A DNA stretch of 64,000 nt, from assembly GCA_051859245.1 (NCBI GenBank), contig JBHYGA010000001.1:192001-256000 (forward strand), written 5' to 3'. The notes under the pieces are model-generated. The model ran no database searches, was not told the DNA's origin, and saw only the letters and a program-made list of their open reading frames with translations. Every line of letters starts with the position of its first letter. The first letter of the stretch is position 1. The translations under genes were made by a program, and so were the position numbers. Source of the stretch: Gemmatimonadaceae bacterium (GTDB lineage: Bacteria; Gemmatimonadota; Gemmatimonadetes; Gemmatimonadales; Gemmatimonadaceae). Shown piece after piece: positions 1 to 10,080 of the stretch.

Positions 1-788
1 GTGACATCCTGCAGCGTGCCGATGAGCGATTGCGGTGACCCGTCATCGTTGTACAAGACTTCGGTCAGCGCGTGCAGGTGGCGCTCTGTGCCGTCCCTTC
101 GGCGGATTCGGTAGCGAACATTTACCGGCTCACCGCTCTCGATCGCGAGCGCATGCGCGGCGCGGAGGTGCTCGCGGTCTTCTGGCTGGATCAGGTCGTC
201 GAGCGCGGCCTCCGACGGCGCGACCTGCTGCGGATCAAGTCCCACGATACGATAGAACTCGGTGGACCAACTCAACGATTGCGTGCCGAAGTGCCATGTC
301 CATGAACCGATCTGCGCAATCTCTTGTGCCCGTGCGAGCTCACGTTCGCGTTCGCGATTTCGCGCGTCGGCCGTTTGCTGCTGCAATCGTGCGGTGGCTT
401 CGGCGCTGATGTCTACGACAGTTCCAATGATGCGGGCCGCCTGACCGGCTGCATCCGTGAGTACATCGCCGCGCACATGCAACCACTTGATCACACCGCG
501 TGCGTCGCGAATGCGGCACTCTACAACATAGGGTGAGCGGGATCGCACCGACTCGCGAACCAGCTCCAGCACGCGCGAACGATGTTCCGGAACAACGCAT
601 CGCACAAACGCCGAGAGGGCGCGCGGACAGCCGCCGGGCGGATAGCCCATGATCTCGTCGAAGCGATCCGAGGCATACGTCTCGCCACTTCCAAGGTGCG
701 TGTCCCACATGCCGGCCTGCGTTGCGGCCAGGATCAGCCGGAGCCGGTCCGCTCCGTCGGCCTCAGACGGCGATTGACGAGTGGTCAT
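1..788 (-). CDS. PAS-domain sensor protein, N-terminal part (two PAS/PAC modules); runs off the left edge
   Basis: Not in ORF track. Manual translation from ATG 788: MTTRQSPSEADGADRLRLILAATQAGMWDTHL...YVVECRIRDARGVIKWLHVRGDVLTDAAGQAARIIGTVVDIS...AQEIAQIGSWTWHF...WSTEFYRIVGLDP...YRIRRRDGTERHLH...LIGTLQDV; open to base 1. Output domain not visible. Confidence 0.9.
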   Translation of the reverse strand, partial: MTTRQSPSEADGADRLRLILAATQAGMWDTHLGSGETYASDRFDEIMGYPPGGCPRALSAFVRCVVPEHRSRVLELVRESVRSRSPYVVECRIRDARGVIKWLHVRGDVLTDAAGQAARIIGTVVDISAEATARLQQQTADARNRERERELARAQEIAQIGSWTWHFGTQSLSWSTEFYRIVGLDPQQVAPSEAALDDLIQPEDREHLRAAHALAIESGEPVNVRYRIRRRDGTERHLHALTEVLYNDDGSPQSLIGTLQDV

Positions 789-978
789 AGGTGGGCGGCG
801 AGGGAGCGGAGCAGCACCAATAGAACTGAACTACGGAATTTGACGGCGAAACGGAAGGGGTTGGCAGACGCCATTCTCACCCCACGACTGGCGAAACGAC
901 GATCCGCGACGCAGGATCAGAGACGGGAGATAAGTCTCACCACAAAGAGCACACACGCCGACTGCCGAGGAATCGCCG

Positions 979-1827
979 ATGATGCCCGCAGACTCGCTGC
1001 TGCCGCACGCGCAGGACATCGATGTGCACGGCGCGACACACCCGGGGCGGGTGCGTTCCGTCAATGAAGACCAGTATCTCATCGCGTCCATGCACAAGTT
1101 GTTACGTGTGCACGGATCGAGCGCGAGTCCGGATGCACTGGGCGACCTGACGAGTGAATCGCGCGGCTATCTGTTTCTGGTCGCCGACGGCGTGGGTGGG
1201 CGACCGGACGGTGAAATCGCGAGCTGGACGGCGGTACGCGCCATTGCCGAGCACGTCACACACGTGATGCGCTTCTACGCGATTCGGGAGGGGAAAGCGC
1301 GCGAGGCGCTCTTCCTTGAGGAACTGCAGGCATCCGTGGCTGCCGGTCACGCCCGCGTACGTGAAGAAGCGGCCGGGACCGCGACAACGCTCACGATGGT
1401 GGTCGTGTTGTGGCCACGCGCGTATCTCATTCACGTGGGGGACAGCCGGTGCTATCGATTGCGCGACGGTGAGCTGCAACTCTTGTCTCAAGATCAGACG
1501 ATGGCCGAGGCACTGGTTGCGGCAGGTGCGCTCACGCCGGAAGCGGCGGCGGCGTCGGAGTGGAAACATGTGCTCGCGTCGGCGCTCGGCGGCGACGAGG
1601 CAACGCCGCTCACTGTACCAACCGACTGCAACTGGGACGACGTGTTACTGCTGTGTACCGACGGCCTGACCAAACACGTCACGGACAAAGAAATCCGTGA
1701 CGTGCTGCGCTCCGGAGGCAGCGCCGAACAAATGACGTCTGAGCTACTTGCACGCGCCCTGGCTGACGGCGGATCTGATAACGTCACCGCCGTTGTTGGG
1801 CGGTTGCGCTCGCGAGAGACGTCTTAG
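979..1827 (+). CDS. PP2C/PPM-family Ser/Thr protein phosphatase
   Basis: THPGRVRSVNED, VADGVGG, HVGDSRCY, LLCTDGL, GGSDNVT motifs. Confidence 0.93.
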   Translation: MMPADSLLPHAQDIDVHGATHPGRVRSVNEDQYLIASMHKLLRVHGSSASPDALGDLTSESRGYLFLVADGVGGRPDGEIASWTAVRAIAEHVTHVMRFYAIREGKAREALFLEELQASVAAGHARVREEAAGTATTLTMVVVLWPRAYLIHVGDSRCYRLRDGELQLLSQDQTMAEALVAAGALTPEAAAASEWKHVLASALGGDEATPLTVPTDCNWDDVLLLCTDGLTKHVTDKEIRDVLRSGGSAEQMTSELLARALADGGSDNVTAVVGRLRSRETS

Positions 1828-2102
1828 TCGGCGAGCTTCTCGCGAATCTTGCGATAGCCGTCTTTCAGATCATCGGCCATTTTTCGCGCCGTTTCCGAGA
1901 CAACCTCACCAACACCGCCGGCCGATTCTTTCGCGTCGCCCGTGGCAGACATCATGCGTGCGCGCAGCGCATCAAGTCGGGTTTCGAGCGCCGCAAACTC
2001 GTCCTTTGCATCGAGCGACGCGAGATGCACCTTCACGCGCAGTTCGTCGCGCTCTCGCTCCAGCGAGGTGATCAACTCTTCGAGCTTGTTCTGCCAGGTC
2101 AT
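1824..2102 (-). CDS. Small coiled-coil hypothetical protein (92 aa)
   Basis: GGAG before ATG; amphipathic helical sequence LERERDELRVKVHLASLDAKDEF. Confidence 0.8.
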   Translation of the reverse strand: MTWQNKLEELITSLERERDELRVKVHLASLDAKDEFAALETRLDALRARMMSATGDAKESAGGVGEVVSETARKMADDLKDGYRKIREKLAD

Positions 2103-2130
2103 GCACGTCTCCGATGTGTGTTGGCGCGCG

Positions 2131-2304
2131 TCAGAATTCGCGACGCTTCATTTCCTTGAACAGCTCGCGGGCTTCACCCGTACGATCATCTTCCTTGCGT
2201 GTAGCCTCAATGGTGGGGTCGAACGACGGCCGCTGCTGCGGCTTTTTCTGTTCGGCCTTTCCCGTAGTCTTGCGAATGAGAGCCTTGAGCTGCGAGTCCT
2301 TCAC
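2131..2304 (-). CDS. Small charged hypothetical protein (57 aa)
   Basis: Below ORF-track cutoff. GAGGT then GTG: MKDSQLKALIRKTTGKAEQKKPQQRPSFDPTIEATRKEDDRTGEARELFKEMKRREF*; fills the gap just upstream of the 92-aa gene. Confidence 0.7.
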   Translation of the reverse strand: MKDSQLKALIRKTTGKAEQKKPQQRPSFDPTIEATRKEDDRTGEARELFKEMKRREF

Positions 2305-2358
2305 GGCGACCTCGTTGCAGGTGACGGAGCGTGATCCAGCGGAACCTGTCCTGACTTG

Positions 2359-2387
2359 AGCATGGGCGTTCTTTCCGAAAATGTCCA
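2359..2387 (-). promoter_or_regulatory. Possible sigma70 promoter for the two small ORFs
   Basis: Minus strand TGGACA-N17-CATGCT. Confidence 0.35.
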
Positions 2388-2463
2388 GTCGGCAAAAATC
2401 GGATTCGATCGTTCGCGAACAGTTCGAGCGTGACCTGCATCACGTTTTCACACGCGCCGCTGC

Positions 2464-3387
2464 TTACGGTCGAATGTTCAGCAGGCGACGTACCGCGTCG
2501 ATCGCCGCTTGTCCGGCAGCGGTCGCCGGCGACATGACATCGTGGTGTCCGAGGTCGGGCACGGTGACCACGTCAACATTGTCTCCAGCTTTACGCGCGG
2601 AGTCGGCAAACGCTGCCACGACAGGAGGTGGGGCGACACGATCCAGCGCGCCAGCCACGTGTATGTGCGGCACCTTCAGCGGCAGTCGTTCTATCGGCGA
2701 GACGGCGCGATAGCGATCCGGCACTTGAGCTGGTGTTCCGCCAAGCACGGATTCAATGGCGGGATTCCCACAGGACTGCAGTTGTCGCTGCTGGAACTCG
2801 CGCATATCCATGACGCCGCCGAGCGCCACCACGCCGGTCAACACAAGCGGCTGTCCCGAACGAACGGCATCGCTCGGCTCCAGCTTGTAACGCGTGGCAA
2901 GCCACGCCGCCAACTGTGCGCCGGCGGAGTGTCCGATCGCCACAACACGCGATGTGTCTAATGCATGTGAACGTGCGAGTGTGCGCAGGTAATCCGCACC
3001 CTGCGCCACATCGGTGAACGTGCCGGGCCACCCGCCGCCGGGATGGTCGTAGCGCCGGTATTCGATGTTCCACGTGGCGATGCCAGCTGACGCGAGCGCA
3101 TCGGCGAGCGGCGCCGCGTTGCGCACGTTGGCGTACGGTGAATACCAGCACCCGCCGTGAATCACGATCGCCACCGGAAACGGGCCGCTGCCTTGGGGCA
3201 TGCGCAGTTCACCGAACTGCAGCGAGTCTGTTCCGTAGGCAATGCGTGTACCCGCGTTGCGTACCGGGAGACGATCAATGTCGGCCGGTCGCGCCAGTCG
3301 TGAACGTGGTGCGTCTTGCGCCGCGAGGGGCGTGAAGGCGGGGAATGCAGCGAGCAGTGCACCAACGACAAGTGCCACAGTCTTCAT
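2464..3387 (-). CDS. Secreted alpha/beta hydrolase (esterase/lipase)
   Basis: Signal peptide; IHGGCW oxyanion motif, GHSAG nucleophile, downstream D and H (GHH). Confidence 0.9.
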   Translation of the reverse strand: MKTVALVVGALLAAFPAFTPLAAQDAPRSRLARPADIDRLPVRNAGTRIAYGTDSLQFGELRMPQGSGPFPVAIVIHGGCWYSPYANVRNAAPLADALASAGIATWNIEYRRYDHPGGGWPGTFTDVAQGADYLRTLARSHALDTSRVVAIGHSAGAQLAAWLATRYKLEPSDAVRSGQPLVLTGVVALGGVMDMREFQQRQLQSCGNPAIESVLGGTPAQVPDRYRAVSPIERLPLKVPHIHVAGALDRVAPPPVVAAFADSARKAGDNVDVVTVPDLGHHDVMSPATAAGQAAIDAVRRLLNIRP

Positions 3388-5471
3388 GTCATGACATTAG
3401 TTCGGGAAACGTCCGCGAGTGCCTGTTGTAACTGCTTCGATGAAAACGGCTTGGGCAACACGCGCACAATTCCGATGTCTGCCGCGTGCGCCATGTCGTG
3501 GTGCTCCAGGTATCCCGTGGTGAGAATAATCGGGAGTGATGGCTGCAGCGTGTGAACCGCCCGTGCCAACTCAATACCCGACATCCCCGGCATCGAGAGG
3601 TCGGTCAACAGGCAATCTACGGTAACGCCGCCGGTGCGAATTCGCGCGAGCGCTTCCGCCGGATCAAGACATCCTTCGACATCCCATTCGAATCGCAGCA
3701 GCAGTCGCGTGGTGGCGGCCAGTACGGACGGTTCATCATCCACCACCATCACGCGGTATCGACGATCAAGTGGCGTTTCCAACTCCGCGTCGGCAACCGG
3801 TTCCTGCTCGGCGTCGGCAGGCGGCAGGAATACGCGCATGCTGGTGCCAACACCGACTACGCTGCGCGGAACAACGATTCCGCCAAGCGCCGTCACCGTT
3901 CCATGCACCATCGCAAGACCGAGCCCGGTGCCACGTCCGGGTCCTTTGGTGGTGAAGAAGGGATCAAAGGCGCGGGCCAGCGTTTCTGGTGACATCCCTT
4001 GACCATTGTCCGTAACAGAGAGCGACGCGACAAACTCGTTGTTCGGAAACGCGGCGCGCAACACGGAATCACTGGCGGTGGACACCAGCGCCACATCCAG
4101 CTGCAGTACACCACCCTCGGGCATCGCATGTGCCGCATTGGTGGCCAGGTTCAGCAACACCTGCTGCACTTCGCCAGCTTCACCGCGCACGGCAACACCG
4201 GGCACGCTTGAGATCGTGACCGAAATGTTGGCCGGGAGCGTGGATCGCAGCAGTCGCTCCGTCTCCGAAAGCAGCGACACGAGATCCACCGGGGTGCGCT
4301 CGTGTTCCATGGATCGGGTAAACGTGAGAATTCTGCGAACCAACGCACGCGCGCGCTCGGCGGACTGCCGGATGTCGTGCAGCAGCGGTTGCGCACTGTG
4401 CGAGTCTGCAAGTTGCGATTGCACGGACTCGGTATTGAGCACGATCGGTTGCAACAGATTGTTGAAGTCGTGTGCGATGCCACCGGCGAGCGTGCCGATC
4501 GCTTCCAGCTTCTGCCCCTGCTGGACGCGCGCCTCGAGTGCCCGTTCGCGCCCAACATCGCGTAGCGTGGCCAGCACATGTGTGATGGTCTTGCCATCGT
4601 CGCGTACCGGCGATGCAGTGCCCGATAGCGTGATGACCTCGCCGCCTGCTCGTGGCGCATCAAACGACCCGTCCCACGACTGACCGTTCAAGACGTCCTG
4701 CCATGGCACATGACGTGTCAGCAAGAACGTGTCGCCAAGGAGTGCGCGCGCCGTGGTGTTCGCGTACACGATCTCGCCCTGCGCGTTCGCGAGCAGCACC
4801 AGTCCACCACTTTGATTCACCGCGAGCGCGAGCCGTTCAGACTCGCGCTCAGACGCCATGCGTGCTGCCGACTCGTTTCCCAGTCCCGCAAACAGTACGC
4901 CGATGGACAGGGTACACAAACTGCACAGCATCATCACACTGATCGTACTCACCGCCCACATGACTTGCGCATTGGGCATGTCGTTTGCCCAGGATAGCGT
5001 GCCCTGCGCAATCAGCTGCGCAAACGCGAGGAGTATCCCTAAGAGCAGAATCAGACAGACCACGCCCGTTCGCAGCCCAAGCAATACGGCGCCCATGATC
5101 GGGAACGCCATTAGCCAGATAAATCCGGCCGCTTCGAAGCCGAACCCGGCAAGAAAGTAGGTGCCGAGCACAGCCGGCAACGCGACCACGACACCAGCTC
5201 TGATCGCGTACGGCAGCGTGCGGACCAGTGTTACCACCAGCAGCACGCCGTACGCGATCGTGTCGATCGTAACAACCGTGCGTTCACCTTGGCCCCAGGC
5301 GAGCCACACGCTGGGGATGTATGCCAGCAGCCCGAGCACGCTCATGCTGAGCAGCACCACCGCAAGAATGCGACGACGCCAGCTTTCAATCGCCGAACCC
5401 GTGGCTGGAGCAATCCACGCCACAGCTCGGCGCCATCGAGCGCGCGGCGAATCTGTGGCGTGGTGCGTCAT
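3384..5471 (-). CDS. Membrane hybrid histidine kinase (TM-PAS-HisKA-HATPase-REC)
   Basis: GGIAHDFNNLL H-box, LNLATNA, DNGQG, PFFTTK, GTGLGL; C-terminal receiver VVDDE...TDLSMP...KPF; start placed at MTHHAT. Confidence 0.93.
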   Translation of the reverse strand: MTHHATDSPRARWRRAVAWIAPATGSAIESWRRRILAVVLLSMSVLGLLAYIPSVWLAWGQGERTVVTIDTIAYGVLLVVTLVRTLPYAIRAGVVVALPAVLGTYFLAGFGFEAAGFIWLMAFPIMGAVLLGLRTGVVCLILLLGILLAFAQLIAQGTLSWANDMPNAQVMWAVSTISVMMLCSLCTLSIGVLFAGLGNESAARMASERESERLALAVNQSGGLVLLANAQGEIVYANTTARALLGDTFLLTRHVPWQDVLNGQSWDGSFDAPRAGGEVITLSGTASPVRDDGKTITHVLATLRDVGRERALEARVQQGQKLEAIGTLAGGIAHDFNNLLQPIVLNTESVQSQLADSHSAQPLLHDIRQSAERARALVRRILTFTRSMEHERTPVDLVSLLSETERLLRSTLPANISVTISSVPGVAVRGEAGEVQQVLLNLATNAAHAMPEGGVLQLDVALVSTASDSVLRAAFPNNEFVASLSVTDNGQGMSPETLARAFDPFFTTKGPGRGTGLGLAMVHGTVTALGGIVVPRSVVGVGTSMRVFLPPADAEQEPVADAELETPLDRRYRVMVVDDEPSVLAATTRLLLRFEWDVEGCLDPAEALARIRTGGVTVDCLLTDLSMPGMSGIELARAVHTLQPSLPIILTTGYLEHHDMAHAADIGIVRVLPKPFSSKQLQQALADVSRTNVMT

Positions 5472-5475
5472 CTTG

Positions 5476-8400
5476 TTACGGAGCCGGAGGGCGACGATTG
5501 CGGATCGGCGGCGCCGGCTCCGGTTTGAGCTGGACTGGCTTCTCACGCAACAAGCGCATCGCTTCTTCGACCGCACGAAGCAACTGCGGGTCACGACCGG
5601 CGATCACTTCTTTGGGTGTGTATTCCACATCGATATCGGGCGCGACGCCTTCGTTCTCCACCGCCCACTTGCCATCGCGATCAAAGAAACCACCACGCGG
5701 TGCGATCATGCTGCCACCGTCAATGAGCTGCGGCGTGTCCCACGTGCCAACCAGACCACCCCACGTGCGCTTGCCCACGATGGGTCCGATTTTGCGACGC
5801 TTGAACATGTACGGCAGCAGATCGCCGCCTGAGCCTGCCATTTCGTTAATGATCATGACCTTGGGCCCCCAGATGCCTGCGGTGGGGCTCGTGAATGGCG
5901 TGCGCTCGTGAACAGGATTGTTGAAGTACCCGTCGAAGTCACGTTGCATCACTTCAATCATGTAGTCAGCGGCCGAGCCACCGCCGTTCCACCGTTCGTC
6001 GATCACGACGCCGGCACGATCCTGCTGCGCGAAGTAGTAACGATTGAACGAGGTGTACCCGGGCTGCCCGGTGTTGGGCACGTACACGTACGCCAGCTTG
6101 CCGCCGCTGAGTGAATCCACCAGACGCCGGTTGTCCTCAACCCAGGCTCGTCCGCGTAACCCACTTTCGTTGGCGATCGGGACCACCGTCACACGACGCG
6201 CATTCGTGAGCGACGGCGTGGCGTTGAGCGTGAGTACCACCTGACGATTGGCTGTACCTTCGAACACGCGGTAGAGGTTGTCGGTGCTCGTGACTTCAAC
6301 GCCATCAACCGCCAGCAGGTAGTCACCAACACGTGCATCGATGCCGGGGCCGGCAAGTGGTGCACGCAGTTCCGGATTCCACGACTCGCCCGTGAAAATC
6401 CTGGCAATGCGATGGCGACCTTCCGCAACCGACCAGTCGGCGCCGAGCAATCCCACGTTTGACTGCGGCACTTCGGGGAAGTCTCCACCGGACACGTACG
6501 AGTGACCCACCGCAATTTCTGCACCGAGCATATCGAGCAAATACGTGAAATCTGCGCGATGGGCGACATGTTCAAGCATGGGTTCGTACATCGCCTTGGT
6601 TTTCACGTAATCGGCGCCGTGCAGGTTCGGCACGTACAAAAACTCACGCTGATTGCGCCAACCTTCGGTGAACATCTGCTTGAACTCGGCGCGTGGATCC
6701 ACTTGCATGCGCAGCGTCGCCGTCACACGTCCGGTGGTACCCGTTGGGGCCGGTTTATCGGTGTCGGCAATCGTCAGATTCGTGCCGGCGCGCCACAGGA
6801 TCTTCTTGCGGTCATCCGATACCACAAACTGCTGCACGCCCTGCGTGTATGGCGCCGCACGACGATCCTTGAGCACGTACCGATGCAGCGGCGAACCACC
6901 GCCGCCCGCGCCGCCGGCCGGTCCTGTCACAGGCACGTTCTCGGTAAAGAACAACGTGCCCGTTGGTCCTGCCTGCAACTCCGCATAGTCTCGCGGCACG
7001 ATGTCGAGCGAGATGATCCGATTGGCGAGTCCGTCAAAGTCAATCGCCACATTCGGCGTGCGTGGTGCAGCAGCGCCAGCAGCACCAGCAGGCCGCGGAG
7101 GCGCCGAGTCGTTGCTTGCGGCCCGCAACATACCGGCGTCTTCGTCGCTCTCCGGCGGCAGTGGTGACGGTTCAGCACGTCCAAGCACGGCGAGATACAC
7201 ACCCTTGGTGACAGGACGTTCGTACGACGTCATGTCGAGCCAGCCGGTGCGCAGCGCAAAGTTGGTGCTCGCGAGAAAATACAGATACTTGCCGTTCGCA
7301 TCCCACGCTGGCCACGTCGCGTCGCTCAAACCGTCTGTAATCTGACGCACACGCGCGTTCACCAGATCGTACACGTAGATCGCGTGCAACTGCGTTGGCA
7401 GGCGCTTGGCGTACGCAATCCACTTTGAGTCGGGACTCCAGGCCGGATTGAGCGAACGCTCCGGCACCATGTAGCCATCCGTGTCTACTTTCGTTGGCAC
7501 ACCACTCTCAACATCAACGACCCACAGGTTGAGATGCGTGTCTGTAAACAACAGCTTGCGTCCGTCCGGAGACCAGCGTGGTGTGTAATAAAAGCTCGGA
7601 TCCGGGAGCGAGATCACGCGCGGTTTGCCAAGACCATCGGCTGACGCCAGGACCAGCTTGTACTCACCGCCTTCGTCGCTGAAGTACGACACGGTCTTGC
7701 CGTCCGGCGACCACGCCGGCGTGCGTTCTGCGACGCCTGCGGTGCGCGTGAGGTTGCGCCAATCGCCTTTGTCCGCGGGAATGGTGAAAATTTCACCGCG
7801 CGCTTCCACCACCGCGCGTTTGCCAGTGGGCGACAACGCGATATTCGTCATGCGATTGGTCACATCGCGCCACTGCGGAACGAGCCACGGAAAATCACCG
7901 CGCACCGTGATGTTCAGCTGCCGATGCTGATTCGTGGTCGGGTCAAGCAAGTGCAAGAATCCCGCTTGCTCAAACACCACCGCGCCGCCGCCAGCGTCAA
8001 TCGACTTGACGTCGAGATCCTTGAACTTCGTGATCTGGGTGAGCGCCTTCGTGCGCGTGTTGTACGACCACACATTGGCACACCAGTCACGATCGGAAAT
8101 GAAGTACACCACATCACCAACCCACACGGGGTCAATGTCCTTGGAGTCGGTCCACGGCGGCGTTTCCACCTCGTACGAACTGAGTGTCATGATCCAGATC
8201 GGACGATTCTGACCTCCGCGATAGTTGCGCCACTCATCATCCCACGAGTTGGCCATGCGATAGGCAAAGCGTTGTCCGTCTGGCGAATACTTGCCTTGCC
8301 ATGCACGCGGCATTGGCAGCGCGGTGGCGTTGTCGCCCGTCACGCTCACGCTCCAGAACTTGGGCACGTTCCCGGTGGGTGCGGCCTCGCGTGACGATGC

Positions 8401-8799
8401 GAAGACAACGCGTCGTCCATCCGGGCTCCAGCCTTGCACCAGATCAGCGCCAGGGTGCCAGGTGAGCCGACGCGGCTCGCCACCCTCCACGGGCACCACG
8501 TACACGTCCGTGTTGCCACCATACTGTCCGCTGAACGCCACGAGTTTGCCGTCGGGCGAGAGTTTGGGCAGCGATGTCGCACCCTGAAAGCTCGTGAGTC
8601 GACGTGCTTCACCACCGGACCGACTCGTGACCCAGATGTTGTTGGCGTAAGCAAACGCGATGTGATCGGCGCTGATCGTGGGCTGGCGCAGCAGTCGCGT
8701 CTGCGCGTGTGCGGACGAACTGAGCATTGGCGATACGCTGGCGACGATCGCCGAGAGCCAGAAGCCGCGAGACGCGAGACTTCGCAAGGATGCAGACAT
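5476..8799 (-). CDS. Tricorn-like S41 protease (beta-propellers, PDZ, S41 core)
   Basis: Signal peptide, repeated WSPDG (PD40) motifs, IDERWNGGG, AGSGGD, GKRTWGG. Confidence 0.95.
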   Translation of the reverse strand: MSASLRSLASRGFWLSAIVASVSPMLSSSAHAQTRLLRQPTISADHIAFAYANNIWVTSRSGGEARRLTSFQGATSLPKLSPDGKLVAFSGQYGGNTDVYVVPVEGGEPRRLTWHPGADLVQGWSPDGRRVVFASSREAAPTGNVPKFWSVSVTGDNATALPMPRAWQGKYSPDGQRFAYRMANSWDDEWRNYRGGQNRPIWIMTLSSYEVETPPWTDSKDIDPVWVGDVVYFISDRDWCANVWSYNTRTKALTQITKFKDLDVKSIDAGGGAVVFEQAGFLHLLDPTTNQHRQLNITVRGDFPWLVPQWRDVTNRMTNIALSPTGKRAVVEARGEIFTIPADKGDWRNLTRTAGVAERTPAWSPDGKTVSYFSDEGGEYKLVLASADGLGKPRVISLPDPSFYYTPRWSPDGRKLLFTDTHLNLWVVDVESGVPTKVDTDGYMVPERSLNPAWSPDSKWIAYAKRLPTQLHAIYVYDLVNARVRQITDGLSDATWPAWDANGKYLYFLASTNFALRTGWLDMTSYERPVTKGVYLAVLGRAEPSPLPPESDEDAGMLRAASNDSAPPRPAGAAGAAAPRTPNVAIDFDGLANRIISLDIVPRDYAELQAGPTGTLFFTENVPVTGPAGGAGGGGSPLHRYVLKDRRAAPYTQGVQQFVVSDDRKKILWRAGTNLTIADTDKPAPTGTTGRVTATLRMQVDPRAEFKQMFTEGWRNQREFLYVPNLHGADYVKTKAMYEPMLEHVAHRADFTYLLDMLGAEIAVGHSYVSGGDFPEVPQSNVGLLGADWSVAEGRHRIARIFTGESWNPELRAPLAGPGIDARVGDYLLAVDGVEVTSTDNLYRVFEGTANRQVVLTLNATPSLTNARRVTVVPIANESGLRGRAWVEDNRRLVDSLSGGKLAYVYVPNTGQPGYTSFNRYYFAQQDRAGVVIDERWNGGGSAADYMIEVMQRDFDGYFNNPVHERTPFTSPTAGIWGPKVMIINEMAGSGGDLLPYMFKRRKIGPIVGKRTWGGLVGTWDTPQLIDGGSMIAPRGGFFDRDGKWAVENEGVAPDIDVEYTPKEVIAGRDPQLLRAVEEAMRLLREKPVQLKPEPAPPIRNRRPPAP

Positions 8800-8927
8800 G
8801 GCAGGGCGGGGGGCAGGCGGAGAGAACGGAGGCACGACTCACGTCGTGTCGACTGTCCCCTGCAATCAACGGATTGGCACGCCCAAGGCAAGACGCTCGA
8901 AGCAAGTCTGCGCAGCCCGCTCGGCGA

Positions 8928-9359
8928 CTAGCCGATGCGCAATCCCTGCGTGCCGACATACACCTCACGGAGGAACACCATGAGCGCCGCGATGAACGAA
9001 ATCATGGCACCGATGAACAGGACCGCGATCAAACCGCCAAGTGCGGCTTCGAGAAACACACCGAGAAAAAGCGAAATGATGACAAACCCCACGAGCAGCG
9101 CCGACACCACCAGCATGGCAATTGCGCGATAGACCAGGCGCGCACGCAACGAGAGATGTGCGAGATCAGCCGCAATGTCATCAAGATTGCCGGCGCCCGC
9201 ATCACGCCGCGCTTCCTGCGCACGGGCACGATCGATGATGCGCGCCAGCCGGTTTGCCAGCACGCCGAGCGTAGCGCCTACGCCGGTGAGCAGGAACACG
9301 GGAGCAACGGCGAGCTGGATGACTTGCGCAACCGCCGCAACTGATGGATCGGGAAACAC
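8928..9359 (-). CDS. DUF2721-like membrane protein
   Basis: IQLAVAPVFLLTG...NRLARIIDRAR...FLREV pattern; three hydrophobic segments. Confidence 0.8.
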   Translation of the reverse strand: MFPDPSVAAVAQVIQLAVAPVFLLTGVGATLGVLANRLARIIDRARAQEARRDAGAGNLDDIAADLAHLSLRARLVYRAIAMLVVSALLVGFVIISLFLGVFLEAALGGLIAVLFIGAMISFIAALMVFLREVYVGTQGLRIG

Positions 9360-9362
9360 GGT

Positions 9363-10079
9363 TTAGAAACGCAAGACGAGCGAGAGTGATCCCGCATTGA
9401 CCGCGCCAAGCACGGTCGGCACGCGACGCCATCGTGCTTCCACCGCAAAACCATCAAGCTTGGTACTCATGGGGGCCAGCAATCCGACACCGAGCGAAGG
9501 CGCAAATCCCAGACACTTGCCTGCTTCGCCCATGGAATTCGTGCCAGCGGCGCCGAGCATCGCCACGGTGTACACGCCCACACGTCCGCGCATCGGGTGA
9601 TGCTCAATGCCCACGCCGAACCCAACACTGCGCCTCGATGTTTCGCGCGGCTCCCGCGTGCAGTTGCCCGCCGGACACGGCAATGCATCCGACAGAATTC
9701 CGGTCTCAGACGCAACGCTGCGGTCGTGCAAATACAAGAATCCTTCGGCACGCCATGCCAGTTTTGGCGTGAGGTACCCGATCATGGCGGCATCAAAGGA
9801 GCCGCCAAGCGTCGGCGTGTATGTCGTGCCCCGATCCGGCGATGATGTCGCCACGCCGCCGACACCAATGCTGAGATGTTGCGGTATCCATCGGCGCGCC
9901 GGCATCGATCGCATGTCTGCGTCTCGCGCGTCTTTGTGCGCGTCTGAGGTGGACGCGACTCCGGTTGCCTGCACGCCTTCCTGTACGCTGCCCTGCGACT
10001 CCTGTGCGACCGCCGCGCGTGTGCTGCAGACACACGCGGTCAGCACCGTGATCGTGCACCATCGCTGCACGCGCCGCAT
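9363..10079 (-). CDS. Hypothetical outer-membrane beta-barrel protein
   Basis: Signal peptide ending AVAQ; Gly-rich alternating strands; C-terminal LSLVLRF. Confidence 0.65.
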   Translation of the reverse strand: MRRVQRWCTITVLTACVCSTRAAVAQESQGSVQEGVQATGVASTSDAHKDARDADMRSMPARRWIPQHLSIGVGGVATSSPDRGTTYTPTLGGSFDAAMIGYLTPKLAWRAEGFLYLHDRSVASETGILSDALPCPAGNCTREPRETSRRSVGFGVGIEHHPMRGRVGVYTVAMLGAAGTNSMGEAGKCLGFAPSLGVGLLAPMSTKLDGFAVEARWRRVPTVLGAVNAGSLSLVLRF

Positions 10080-10080
10080 G

